A program made the position numbers and the translations under genes. Of a stretch of DNA of 55,102 nt, positions 45,883 through 55,102 are shown in pieces. The notes beneath the pieces are model-generated. The model searched no databases. It saw only the letters and a program-made list of their open reading frames with translations, and was not told the DNA's origin. The DNA lies in the IMG/VR virus record IMGVR_UViG_3300037742_000050, positions 1 to 55,102 of that record; one strand, written 5' to 3'. The stretch is from a virus (taxonomy: Duplodnaviria; Caudoviricetes). Each line of letters opens with the position of its first letter. The stretch's first letter is position 1.

Positions 45883-46791
45883 TCAGTCACCGTCCTCGTC
45901 GCCGCTGTTCCAGTCCTCGATCGGATCGAACCCGGCCATCAGCGCCATCGCCATTGTCGGGCAGTAGTGGCCGCTGCTGGTCTTGTGGTAGTCCCAGGCA
46001 CCATCAAACTTGTACCGTTCGAAGGCACCTTCACATTCATTCGAGCAGGAGAACCTGACCCGTCGAGGGAACACCTCGATCTCGGTAATCTCATGGTTGT
46101 CGACGATGTCGTTAAACAACACCATCAGAAGCTCGGTCGGCCGGATATCAAGCCGCCGATCCCACAACCACTGCTTCAGGTACTTGTTCGGGTCCGGGGT
46201 CCGCTGCACCTGGGGTGCGGGTAGCCGCAGCGGTGCGCCATGCTGCGGAAGCACCACAGCCGGGCCGGTGAACACTTCAGCAGGTAGCCCGGTACGGGGC
46301 AGGCACACGCACTGGTTGCAGCAGGCGTGCCCAAGAAGAACACGGATGATCTCGGTGACGATCGTGATGGCCTTGACGATCCGGATGGCATCTTCCACGC
46401 ACGGGTGTAGGACGTTGTGTGGACACATCCGGTACATGAGACCGTTGTCCTCGTTGTAGTAGCGTGGCCAGTCATCCCATGGACCCTTGGTCGGGTTGTG
46501 GATGGCACACGGGTTGGATGCGCACTTGTCCAGGCTGTGATGATCGATGGTCTGCCCAGATTCAAGCGTCGTGGTTTCCATGTCCCCCCTTTCTTCGTCT
46601 CGTTTCTTATCAAGTAGTTGATGTAGCTGGTCCGCTATCTGGGCTCGCCGGATCGCGATGTCCGCCTTCATGGCACCTTCGTGAAGTTCCTTTATGGCTG
46701 TCACCCAGTCCGTTTCTGAACCCCATTTCAATGGCTTAACCTTGAAACGTTCGCCTCCTACGTTCATATGATCTCCGGGTGGTAGGGGCAC
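45883..46791 (-). CDS. Cys/His-rich hypothetical protein
   Basis: Long ORF in operon; H...C...C.IH and RMCPH...HP motifs. Confidence 0.6.
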   Translation of the reverse strand: MPLPPGDHMNVGGERFKVKPLKWGSETDWVTAIKELHEGAMKADIAIRRAQIADQLHQLLDKKRDEERGDMETTTLESGQTIDHHSLDKCASNPCAIHNPTKGPWDDWPRYYNEDNGLMYRMCPHNVLHPCVEDAIRIVKAITIVTEIIRVLLGHACCNQCVCLPRTGLPAEVFTGPAVVLPQHGAPLRLPAPQVQRTPDPNKYLKQWLWDRRLDIRPTELLMVLFNDIVDNHEITEIEVFPRRVRFSCSNECEGAFERYKFDGAWDYHKTSSGHYCPTMAMALMAGFDPIEDWNSGDEDGD

Positions 46792-46949
46792 ACGTCGGAC
46801 ATGTGCTCACCGATGCGCACGTGCCGCCATCCATCCCGCTTGGCCATGTTCAGGAGCCGGACGTACTCGGCCTGGTCAACGAACTGCGCGTTGAAGATCC
46901 GGGCGCATTCAGGCATTTCACAAGTGATCTGAAGTGTTTTCACCTTCAT
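46764..46949 (-). CDS. Small Zn-finger protein
   Basis: C...C...GW...DVCPYH. Confidence 0.6.
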   Translation of the reverse strand: MKVKTLQITCEMPECARIFNAQFVDQAEYVRLLNMAKRDGWRHVRIGEHMSDVCPYHPEII

Positions 46950-47532
46950 CGATTTCGCCTTTCAGATACGTCCCGTACCCCGCCAAATTCAGCAGGTCCA
47001 GACGCGGGCCAAGCCGCATGAAGCTGTAGAACCTGTCCGGGTCCTCCTCCGCACGAACCCGGAAGGTGACCATGTTGTACATGTTCCCCACCTTGTTCTG
47101 CTCGTCCTCCAGTACCGCCAACTGATGCAGCGGGTCCAGCTTGTGGCCCGGACGGAGGACGTGCTGCGTCGCGGCGATCGTGTCGGTGTCGTACAGGAGC
47201 TTGTAGGCCAGGCCGGCGCGCATCACGGTCAGGAACCGGCCGGCGTTACGTTGCCCGTACCCCTTTGTCTTGATGACGAGGAGCCCGTAGTCGGCCTGCT
47301 TGCGGTACTGCTGGACGTCGGTCTCCCGCATCCACGGGCCGATGTGGAGTGCCCTGGTAGCAGCTTTCACCTCCACCATGAGCTTCGGGTGAAGTTCGAT
47401 GTCGCCGATGTCGTACTTTCCGGCAGGGGGGAGCCGCCGAGCGGTGGGCCAGTACGTCTCTCGCGCGTAGTCTGTGACCCACCCCTCGGCGTTGGTGCCA
47501 GCAATCTTGGGCTTGTTCACCACGAGCGGCAT
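46918..47532 (-). CDS. Holliday junction resolvase-like PD-(D/E)XK nuclease
   Basis: K..GT.AE...DIGDI...VEVKA...W..E. Confidence 0.75.
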   Translation of the reverse strand: MPLVVNKPKIAGTNAEGWVTDYARETYWPTARRLPPAGKYDIGDIELHPKLMVEVKAATRALHIGPWMRETDVQQYRKQADYGLLVIKTKGYGQRNAGRFLTVMRAGLAYKLLYDTDTIAATQHVLRPGHKLDPLHQLAVLEDEQNKVGNMYNMVTFRVRAEEDPDRFYSFMRLGPRLDLLNLAGYGTYLKGEIDEGENTSDHL

Positions 47533-47855
47533 TCCTTGATGTAGTCGCGGAAGCTCATTTCCTTGAAGTCGGTCATCTCGGTACCCCAACGAACCATGCC
47601 GTACTGGGTATCGATCTCGATGATCGGACCTTCGCCCGGAGTACCCGAGATGCCGTAGCCGGTCGACCCGTCAATATCGTTCCGGATCATCGCGGAGAAA
47701 ATGATCCGGGCCAGGTACATGGCATCGTCCCAGCGTTCCTCACGGCTGAGGGCTTCACGGACCACGTCGGGCAGGCTGTGACCGCTGCTGTGGGTGTACA
47801 GGTACACGCCGGGTTGCGAGAAGCTGTGGACGTGCACGTTCGCTCGGTTACCCAT
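47517..47855 (-). CDS. Hypothetical protein (MGNRANV...YLYTH)
   Basis: TGATG coupling; RWDD..YLARI...GYGI. Confidence 0.65.
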   Translation of the reverse strand: MGNRANVHVHSFSQPGVYLYTHSSGHSLPDVVREALSREERWDDAMYLARIIFSAMIRNDIDGSTGYGISGTPGEGPIIEIDTQYGMVRWGTEMTDFKEMSFRDYIKECRSW

Positions 47856-48172
47856 CACCAGTCTCCCGCGAAGGCGTAGAGGAGCCGGCGCCAGAAGCCC
47901 CGCTTCTTCTCCTCGTGCGGGCAGCGGTACCCCGGCTTCATCTGCCTCAGGTACCTCTTCTCGTACTCGGCATGGGGCACGCTGATGAGGGACCGGTTCA
48001 TGCCGTAGAACCAACGCTCCAACTCCTCGATGTCGGGATACAACTCCAGGAGCGCCTCGTGCTTGGTGGCCGCCTCGGTGCCCTCCATGACGGTCACAAC
48101 GCAACCGCACGATTCGAGGACGATCCACTGCCGGCGTTCCCGGTTCAGTTCGTGTGGGGCCGCGTAAGCCAC
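47855..48172 (-). CDS. Hypothetical protein
   Basis: Operon packing. Confidence 0.55.
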   Translation of the reverse strand: MAYAAPHELNRERRQWIVLESCGCVVTVMEGTEAATKHEALLELYPDIEELERWFYGMNRSLISVPHAEYEKRYLRQMKPGYRCPHEEKKRGFWRRLLYAFAGDW

Positions 48173-48531
48173 TGCTTCACCGCCTTCCAGAACGAGCGGC
48201 GACCGATCTTGCGGGCCTGAACCCGGCCACCCTTGATGGTGGTGGCGAGTTCCCCTTCGAAGTACCGGACCCGTTCCATCTGGTCCGTGGCGGCCTGGCC
48301 ACGGTTGGCGAGTTCCTCAAGCTGGGACACCAGGTCCACAGCCAAGCCTTCCTGGCCTTTACTGAGGTAGCGAATCATGGTGACGGCCGCCTCAGGGTCG
48401 TCGGTGACATAGCCTTCGTCACCCATGAATCGGATACCGAGCATCTTGGCCACCTGGTAATGCTCCCGGTTTTTTCGGGCACATTCCTCGTGGCCGCAAT
48501 TGGACCATTTGGCAATCTCTTCCTGGTTCAA
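48145..48531 (-). CDS. Hypothetical protein
   Basis: SD AAGGAGG; operon packing. Confidence 0.6.
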   Translation of the reverse strand: MNQEEIAKWSNCGHEECARKNREHYQVAKMLGIRFMGDEGYVTDDPEAAVTMIRYLSKGQEGLAVDLVSQLEELANRGQAATDQMERVRYFEGELATTIKGGRVQARKIGRRSFWKAVKQWLTRPHTN

Positions 48532-48715
48532 CGCTCCTCCTTTCGTACCTTGATTCCCCGGACCCCTTTCAACATGACGTCCATGCCAAGAATGCTGGCC
48601 CGGAGTCGGTCGATTTCGTTGACGGTCATAGTGTTCGCGTATTCAGCCGCTTCCACCCAGTCGTCACGGATCACTGCGAGGAGGATGTCGGACTCCACGA
48701 AGTTGGTGTCTCCCA

Positions 48716-49078
48716 TCAGCCCTCGAAATGGTTGATGAGCTTCACTGTCTGGTAGCGGGTGTACAGGTCCGGGTTGGTAGCCCGGATCAGGTCCACGTCG
48801 ATGACATCGACCTCTTTCTTCCGGGTGTAGAACTTCGCCTGGTCCGGTTCGTCTTCCTTGAAGTTGGTGGTGTTGAACTGGGCGATCGGCTTGCGTTCGA
48901 AGGCAAGCTCGCCGTTGACGGTGCCGTGTTCGGCGTCGCCGAGGAGCTTGGCGATCTGCCCTTTCAGGTCGTCTTCGATCTTCGCCCAGCCGAGGCGTGC
49001 CTTGGTGGCCTCGTTGAGGCGTCGGAGCAGGTCAACGTACTGGTCCAGGGCAACCTGGTCCGCTTCTGGTTTCGTCAA
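48716..49078 (-). CDS. Hypothetical protein
   Basis: SD GAAAGGAGG before TTG 49078; promoter upstream. Confidence 0.65.
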   Translation of the reverse strand: MTKPEADQVALDQYVDLLRRLNEATKARLGWAKIEDDLKGQIAKLLGDAEHGTVNGELAFERKPIAQFNTTNFKEDEPDQAKFYTRKKEVDVIDVDLIRATNPDLYTRYQTVKLINHFEG

Positions 49079-49103
49079 GGGTTCCCCTCCTTTCATTACG
49101 CAC

Positions 49104-49133
49104 ATCATACAGCCCCTGGGGGGGAGGGGGCAA
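49104..49133 (-). promoter_or_regulatory. SigA-type promoter with C-run/G-run spacer
   Basis: TTGCCC-18-TATGAT. Confidence 0.7.
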
Positions 49134-49149
49134 GCAGGGATAGGTCACT

Positions 49150-49587
49150 TCACCACTGGGCAACAGCGGTGCACTGAATCATCTTCGTCGGATCGCCGGT
49201 CATATCCGAAGGAATCGGATGATCATCCTGCCACGCTTGACACTTGATCTGAGAAACAGACTCCGTCTTCGGATCGATCACCCCGGCACTGATCGTGAAC
49301 ACATACCCCTGGGTCGCGAAGCCGTCACGACTGAAATAGCCGCCCTTTTCGTACGCGGTACCCCTGTTGCTGAACAGGTCCCAGCGGAAAAACAGGTCAG
49401 GGTCTCGCTGACCGACCGGAACCCACGTCACCGACCAGCCGATCGAACGGTACTTGCTCCGGTCGTAGTAATCAGGCTTGTCCCCTTCATCGTCACCCTG
49501 AACCCAAATGCCGGCGACCACGAGCGTGAGGACCAAGGTAATAAGCTTGTACCGGAACGGGACCAGACTCTTCGTCCTGGCGGTCAC
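49150..49587 (-). CDS. Membrane-anchored/secreted protein
   Basis: N-terminal TM; beta-rich domain with Cys pair. Confidence 0.6.
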   Translation of the reverse strand: MTARTKSLVPFRYKLITLVLTLVVAGIWVQGDDEGDKPDYYDRSKYRSIGWSVTWVPVGQRDPDLFFRWDLFSNRGTAYEKGGYFSRDGFATQGYVFTISAGVIDPKTESVSQIKCQAWQDDHPIPSDMTGDPTKMIQCTAVAQW

Positions 49588-50063
49588 CAGGTCAGCACCT
49601 CCTCGCGGCAGTCGTGCTGCACCTGATCGGCGAGGGTGCGGAACTGGTCAGCGATCTCCTCGCGCCATGGGATCATCTCCGCGCGGGCAGCCGGCGCCAT
49701 CGGGTTCTTGTCGTTGTCGATCGAGGTGTCGTACTCGAACCCGGCAAGGATCTCCTCGAACCGGGCGTTGAACTCGGCGAGGGAGGTCCGTTGCATATCC
49801 GCCAACGCGTTATGGATTTCGATGCCCCCGTCAATCAACCAAATCTCCCCGGTGTCCTGCATCTCGTCCTGGGCCTGCCGCAGTTCGTCGGCGTAGCCTT
49901 CGTCCGCGCCACGGTGCTCCTCTGGTGGTGTCACCGTCGACATCGACACACGTCCCTGGACGTATGCCACCGGGGGGGTCCGAGCCGCCAGCCTGGACAG
50001 GTAATCCCAGGTACGGTCAACCCATTCCTTCGCCACGTAATACATGTAGAGCAATGTAGTCAC
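49584..50063 (-). CDS. Acidic hypothetical protein
   Basis: Operon packing after whiB; start uncertain. Confidence 0.55.
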   Translation of the reverse strand: MTTLLYMYYVAKEWVDRTWDYLSRLAARTPPVAYVQGRVSMSTVTPPEEHRGADEGYADELRQAQDEMQDTGEIWLIDGGIEIHNALADMQRTSLAEFNARFEEILAGFEYDTSIDNDKNPMAPAARAEMIPWREEIADQFRTLADQVQHDCREEVLTW

Positions 50064-50383
50064 AACGCTCTCCTCTCTCGATATGGGTGCGTGCAACGGC
50101 TTGCACAGGTTCCGTTGAGACATCGTTTGATGGCTCGCCGCTGCCTCTCGTCCAAGCCTCCCCAGATTCCGTACCGTTGGTTCTCTCTCAGCGAATACTC
50201 CAGGCACTCTGTCTTAAATTGACAGCCACGACATATCCGCTTCGCCGGTTCACCATCGAAGTTCCTGGCCTTAACTCTGTCCATGTCGGGAGGGAACCAG
50301 GACACATCGGCAGGCGGGTCGGCGCACCCCCGTTCCGGACTGGTGAGCCATGCCGGCTCCCTCACGCTGAGCGGCGAAGCCAT
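50060..50383 (-). CDS. whiB: WhiB-family transcription factor
   Basis: C...WFP...AKRICRGC....C...GIWGG..ERQR. Confidence 0.92.
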   Translation of the reverse strand: MASPLSVREPAWLTSPERGCADPPADVSWFPPDMDRVKARNFDGEPAKRICRGCQFKTECLEYSLRENQRYGIWGGLDERQRRAIKRCLNGTCASRCTHPYRERRAL

Positions 50384-51124
50384 TCAGCTATTCCTTTCCG
50401 TAGATCATTGAGAGTGGCGGTTTCGACAGTGACACCATGCGGCAGGAACCGGTGGATGGGCAAGGTTTCAATGTCGGTTGCCCGGCGATCGAGGAGTTCC
50501 TTGGTGCGTCGCGGGGTCCAGACCAGCGCCCCTTTGTCGAGGGATTCGAGGAGGTCCCGGCCGTTGATGCGGGCTGCGACTTTGATCGTTTCGTACTTGA
50601 GGCGGGTGTCAGGGTCGATCACGGTAGTTCCCGCAACATTTCTCCTCGTGCTCCCTTGCGGTGTCCCTGATGAACTGGTCCAAGGCTTGTTGCCGCTTGC
50701 GGGCATCTTCCACAAGAGCGATCAAGTTGCCCTTGTAGCGGGCAATCTCTTCATCCTGTCCTCGCCAGTGGCCGATGGTGTATCCCAGCCCACAGGCCGA
50801 GATGAGCCCGCCAATGTAAACGCCAATGTAGAGGAGCCAGGACAGCCCGGACGGGGTCACTGTCCACCGGTCCGTGTGACCCAGCCTTGGATGGGCTGTT
50901 TGGTGGATTCGAGGATGCCGTTGAAGTCTTCGTCGTCGGCGGGCAGCCCGGCGCGGCGCTTGATGAGCCGGTACCGATCCTGGTCGACCTGGTAGGGCTT
51001 GTAGTCGTTGAGCTTCAGCCAGTACTGCGGAAACTGTAACTGCATGTCCGTTTTTCCCCTTTCTCGATGGGTTGCTTCGCGGGTGCAGGGAGGTCGCTCA
51101 CCTACACCCACGAAGGTGCACTCC

Positions 51125-51155
51125 ATCATAACCCCCAGGGGGGGAGGGGGGTCAA
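51125..51155 (-). promoter_or_regulatory. Promoter-like element with C-run/G-run spacer
   Basis: TTGACC-19-TATGAT. Confidence 0.55.
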
Positions 51156-51421
51156 GCGGCTACGGGAGGGTTTTGCTTCGACACCTCATCCATCAGCCGC
51201 GAAACCGTCGTAGCAGTCAAATTGAACCTGTCGGCCAACTGGCGCCGGGTCAGGTTGTTGCCGTTGCGGTACCGGTGGAGAGCCTGCCGACGCGCGGATG
51301 CCACCTCTGGCATGGTCGACTGCATCCAATCCATGACAGAGTTCCACGCCTCGAACTGCTCATCATCGGGCAACTGTTCGATGCGGACGAAGACCTCTTG
51401 CAACTCCTGCACGGGGCTCAC
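51152..51421 (-). CDS. HTH DNA-binding protein
   Basis: LTRRQLADRFNLTATTVSRL. Confidence 0.75.
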   Translation of the reverse strand: MSPVQELQEVFVRIEQLPDDEQFEAWNSVMDWMQSTMPEVASARRQALHRYRNGNNLTRRQLADRFNLTATTVSRLMDEVSKQNPPVAA

Positions 51422-51607
51422 CGGCTCACCTCTTCCTTGGTCGGATTGTTGGTCAGTCTACCTCCTCCCCCGTCCAGGGGAACTCGAAACTCCGACCTCA
51501 TGCCATCACAGACCAGTAGATCCATAAAGCGACGGCCACCACTACGAGGAGTACAAAAAGGACAACCAATGAAACCTCGTTGGGTGGTTCATCATCGTTG
51601 CGGTGGC

Positions 51608-51853
51608 TCATCGGGTCACCATCAACGTGAAGATGACAGCGACCCCACCAATGATCAGAACCTTGCCCGGAGTGGTGGCCCACAACCTCTTCACGAAGAA
51701 GGCAAGGATCAATGCGCCGACGAGAAGCGGGAAACGGACCAAAATATCCGCGATGGTAACCCCGGCATCACCGACATCGTTCTGATCAATGTCCCCTGGA
51801 TTGGGGATCGGAATAGCTGGCGGTTGAATGTCCTGCCACCAGGCGCGAATCAA
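51608..51853 (-). CDS. Small membrane protein
   Basis: Two TM segments; SD GAGGAGG. Confidence 0.6.
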   Translation of the reverse strand: MIRAWWQDIQPPAIPIPNPGDIDQNDVGDAGVTIADILVRFPLLVGALILAFFVKRLWATTPGKVLIIGGVAVIFTLMVTR

Positions 51854-51866
51854 CGAAACCTCCTCC

Positions 51867-52157
51867 TCAGATACGGCGCGGCACGTCGTCCGCGTTCGGG
51901 TTGAGCACTTCCATGCCGATCTCCTCCCCCAGGGCCTCCAGGCGCTTGTACAGAACCAGCGCGCATATAAGACAGAGCAGTATGCCGCCGCGTGTGCTGT
52001 ACGCCTCTAGCTGGGTCGGGCCCACCCAGATTCGCTGGGTGCAGCCGTCGCAGTGCTTGATGGTGTGCTCGATCGACGGTACCGGCACCGGTGTCGAGAA
52101 CGTGGGCAGGCCAGTGGTATCCACCGGCACGCACGCGAACACTGCTCCCTCTGTCAT
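51867..52157 (-). CDS. Small Zn-finger protein
   Basis: CDGC...CLIC. Confidence 0.6.
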   Translation of the reverse strand: MTEGAVFACVPVDTTGLPTFSTPVPVPSIEHTIKHCDGCTQRIWVGPTQLEAYSTRGGILLCLICALVLYKRLEALGEEIGMEVLNPNADDVPRRI

Positions 52158-52678
52158 AGCCGAAAGCCGTCCAGGCTAGTCCTGGTGGCCAGCAGCGCGT
52201 CGTAGGCGTCCGAGCTACACACCTCGACTACAAGTGCAGCCAGGATGATCACCATCATGACCGGGCTCGCGCCGGGCATCGCGATCGCCTGACCGATGGA
52301 CGCGGACACCTCCAGCATCCCTCGAACCTTGTCGCCGGGATGCCGATCGACTATAACCTTGGCTGTTGCCAGGGCCTTGTACAGCGCCTCCATTATCTCG
52401 TCCTGCTGACGCTGAAGCTCAACCGAGTGCTGCTGCTGGTACGCGTTGGCCGCCTGCTCCCGGCCAGCCAGCGCGATGTTCGCCGCGACCTGCCCGACCT
52501 CTTCCGCGACCCCCAGGTCGATCGGCAGCCCGTTGTGTTCGTCCTGCGCGCCTGGGTTGGCTGCGTCCCAGCGGACGCCTTCCGTGATCGCCGACCTGAG
52601 CGCGTCGTGGAAGTTGCTGGCCGCCCCGTACGAAGTGAAGAAGGCAGCCTCCATGACATCACAGCGCTTACACACCAA
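52154..52678 (-). CDS. Hypothetical protein, first gene behind inverted repeat copy 2
   Basis: Same SD and TTG start as gene at 110. Confidence 0.7.
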   Translation of the reverse strand: MVCKRCDVMEAAFFTSYGAASNFHDALRSAITEGVRWDAANPGAQDEHNGLPIDLGVAEEVGQVAANIALAGREQAANAYQQQHSVELQRQQDEIMEALYKALATAKVIVDRHPGDKVRGMLEVSASIGQAIAMPGASPVMMVIILAALVVEVCSSDAYDALLATRTSLDGFRL

Positions 52679-52787
52679 GAATCATCTCCTCTCGCTCTTG
52701 AAATATTTCATAGTCCTTCATAGTCCCCGGTCCCGGCTCGGACCTGAGGTCACTCGACCTCCAGATCCTACACCCCTGGCCCTGGGG
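52672..52787 (-). repeat. Inverted repeat copy 2, within promoter TTGCCC-17-TAGGAT
   Basis: Reverse complement of 1-116; -35 at 52788-52793. Confidence 0.95.
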
Positions 52788-53035
52788 GGGCAAGCTTCTC
52801 TTCAGAGAACATTGTGGGTTAGCAAAAGTAGTAAGTGACCCAGAAGCCTCTGACCAGGGACTAATGTATGTGTCCACTATTTTTTTTTAGTTTGAGGTAA
52901 AGATGGAAGGTAATAGGAAGGTAGGTATAGGGGTTCCCCTGGAGGGGGGTGGGATGCAGGGTAGCTTAGTAGATTAGATGCCACACAACCGCGACACTTT
53001 TCGGCGTAAAAATAGTGAGTTTATGAACTAAGCGA

Positions 53036-53572
53036 ATGGGATTCTGCTCCGTCCCTGCTCAGAGCCTTGATTCTCTCCACTTGCTGTGTGCTATGTTTCC
53101 ACTTGTGACACAGAGGCTCGGTCCGAGGGACCGCCGCAACTCCCGTCCCGGCTTACTCCGCGCGTACCTGGAAACGGGCAGGGGGGAGATTTACCCGTAC
53201 GACGAGTGGGCCGATGGCGTCTGGCGCCGGGCCCGCCAGGGCGAGGACTTCGATGTGAAGGTGGCCTCATTCCGTGGCACCTTGTACAACTGGGCGCGGC
53301 GCTGGGACGCGAAGATCCATTTTGATACCCCGGTCGATGGCATCTCGCTCGACTTCATGATCGAACCGTTGGGGGAATGGCAGCGCGCGACCAGATGGTG
53401 CTGGTACTACAACCCGCAGGAGGTCACCGGAAGGTTCACCCCACGCACCACCGACATCCCAATCTTCTGTCCCCCTGGTGACCCGAACCGGGAACGGGAC
53501 GAGGAGATATGGCTGAAGGTCCGGGCGTGGGCCCACGAGAACGGCATGGACTACTGGAACCGTCAGCCCTGA
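53036..53572 (+). CDS. Hypothetical protein
   Basis: YPYDEWADG.W...GEDF motif; start likely internal. Confidence 0.6.
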   Translation: MGFCSVPAQSLDSLHLLCAMFPLVTQRLGPRDRRNSRPGLLRAYLETGRGEIYPYDEWADGVWRRARQGEDFDVKVASFRGTLYNWARRWDAKIHFDTPVDGISLDFMIEPLGEWQRATRWCWYYNPQEVTGRFTPRTTDIPIFCPPGDPNRERDEEIWLKVRAWAHENGMDYWNRQP

Positions 53573-54150
53573 GGGGAAGGTAGCTTCGCCTCAAGCTCCC
53601 GCACCTGCTGCTCCACCTGCTGCCGGGCCCGGAGGCTGACCACAGCCTCCTCTTCGGGTTCCTCGGCGGCAGCTTTGGGCGCGTCGAGCATCCGGTACAG
53701 CTTCATGATCCGGTCGAGGGTGCGTAGTCCTAGCTCCATGAACCGGGGGTCCTGGCGTTGCTCCAGTTCCCCGCGCTCGATCTCCGCTTCAGTGATCTTC
53801 CACAGCCACTCCAGGCGGGTGATCAACTGGCCGCGTACCATCGGCTGCTGCTCCCGAACCTGATCATCGGTCAACTCGTGAGCAAGGACCGGCAGCGTCG
53901 TCCCAGCGGGAACCTGGGGAGGCAGGGGGAACAGTTCCATAGCAACATGCATATCAACATGCACAGAATCCCGCAGCGACCAGAAAGCCTGAACCCCTGC
54001 CCCCCGGCATTCAAATTTGCCACCACACGGAACTACATATTGAAGAGGAGATCCATTTATACATGTAAATGTATAAGTGTGGGTTGGTGGGTTGTCCGCC
54101 CTTTTCCCTGTTGCTGTAACGTTTTCACGTTTGCCTGGCGGGCGGATCAT
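53563..54150 (-). CDS. Possible terminase small subunit-like helical protein (true start probably near 53940-53962)
   Basis: RLE.LW...LDRIMKLYRMLDAP resembles actinophage TerS-like C-termini; weak call. Confidence 0.4.
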   Translation of the reverse strand: MIRPPGKRENVTATGKRADNPPTHTYTFTCINGSPLQYVVPCGGKFECRGAGVQAFWSLRDSVHVDMHVAMELFPLPPQVPAGTTLPVLAHELTDDQVREQQPMVRGQLITRLEWLWKITEAEIERGELEQRQDPRFMELGLRTLDRIMKLYRMLDAPKAAAEEPEEEAVVSLRARQQVEQQVRELEAKLPSPQG

Positions 54151-54352
54151 GGGTCATGGGTCATCATGGGATCATGGGATCATGATCATCCATCGATGGT
54201 CATGATCATAGGGGTATGGCCATATGGTCTACCCCCCATCATGGGGTAGGTCCCTATCCCCGTATCGGGTACCTGGGGTACCTGGGTATCCCAGGCTATC
54301 CCACTTGGGGGTATGGCCCTAGGGTCTAAGGCCCTCCCTGGGGTCATGATCC
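54145..54352. repeat. Low-complexity (G)ATCATGG/GTCATGG repeats and short palindromes
   Basis: Many CATG-centred units, GGGTACC x2, TACCCC...GGGGTA. Confidence 0.7.
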
Positions 54353-54367
54353 AGTTGTCAACGCCGT

Positions 54368-54431
54368 TGTGACCCTCGTCACATGTGGGCTATGTCACAT
54401 GTCCCTGGGAGAGGGTGTGACGTAGCTCACA
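54368..54431. promoter_or_regulatory. Three Crp/GlxR-type boxes
   Basis: TGTGA-CCCTCG-TCACA (54368), TGTGG-GCTATG-TCACA (54384), TGTGA-CGTAGC-TCACA (54416). Confidence 0.7.
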
Positions 54432-54799
54432 GAAGTTCCTCAGTGGCCGGTCTTGCCAGCGTTTCCGCTGGTCACAGCCTCGCCATCCATGCTACCACCA
54501 AGAGGACTACCCGAATGCTGACCGAAAGGATGAGGGAATGCGGTACGAAAAGGGGAGCTTCCCAGGGGGAGGGGGTGTACACTTGAGGTACGGCAAGGGG
54601 ATGGGGACCAAGCCGCAGGGAGATTGAGAACTACATAGCGACGGACTCAAGCGGTGAGGCAAAGCGCGATGATCCTGGCAGGCGATGCCAGGGGAGCGGC
54701 ACACCGGAGAGGGCAAGTGGACCTTGAAGCTTGGATCATGACCGCTGGGGAGGGTCGTTGGTCCTAGCCGCAAGGGGCGGCCAGACAAGGGGAACTGTG

Positions 54800-54961
54800 A
54801 TGTTTGAGATCACCAAGTACGACGGCAACACTGACAAGCTGCGCGTGGTGGCCGAGGTCAACGACGCAGACGCGGCGAGGTACCTGGCGGACTCCGAGAA
54901 CGCCCGACGTGAGACGGGTAGCTCGGACCACTACTCGGTGCGTGAGGCGCGAGCGATCTAG
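54800..54961 (+). CDS. Small hypothetical protein (MFEITKYD...)
   Basis: SD AAGGGG upstream. Confidence 0.55.
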   Translation: MFEITKYDGNTDKLRVVAEVNDADAARYLADSENARRETGSSDHYSVREARAI

Positions 54962-55102
54962 TGACCATGATCCGGGAGGGGGTGCGGGGGCGCCCCTCCC
55001 GTGGTCATGGCTACTTGACCAAGTGGCTGGGGTTGGTTAGGTAAGGCTCCTAACAAACTCCAAGGTCAACTTTAAAGGGGAACGAAGTGGCGACTGTACG
55101 CA

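Noticed and set aside
55000-55102. Terminal direct repeat or circular closure with position 1
   Set aside because: No overlap with the window start, and joining would not restore the -35 seen at the other repeat copy

Overview
This window looks like a near-complete, GC-rich actinobacterial siphophage genome (WhiB gene, SigA-type and leaderless promoters, sortase LPxTG gene). It contains a leftward replication/regulation arm (4.1-16.4 kb), a rightward virion and lysis operon (16.6-41.9 kb; terminase with a class 3-type intein) and a leftward arm of small genes (41.9-52.7 kb). I found no integrase or DNA polymerase. The main finding is at 1.3-4.1 kb: a stand-alone Cas7/RAMP-like gene (2880-3590) and an uncharacterised 180-aa partner gene (1919-2461), flanked by three non-CRISPR arrays. 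The array units start with GAC-NN and continue as 5-nt periodic (N)CC-NN modules (NN-GGN on the other strand), with unit lengths mostly 5n+3. A divergent promoter pair sharing one palindromic -35 appears to drive the locus. It is a candidate RNA-guided system with a non-contiguous guide code, resembling my recollection of VIPR-type systems. Other notable items: three tRNA mimics with remodelled arms, two of them followed by genes with apparent AUC starts; an Acb2/Tad1-like protein plus a MazG-like gene inside the head module; a 116-bp inverted duplication of a promoter/leader; and three Crp-type boxes. All family calls come from motif recognition by eye; no searches were run.
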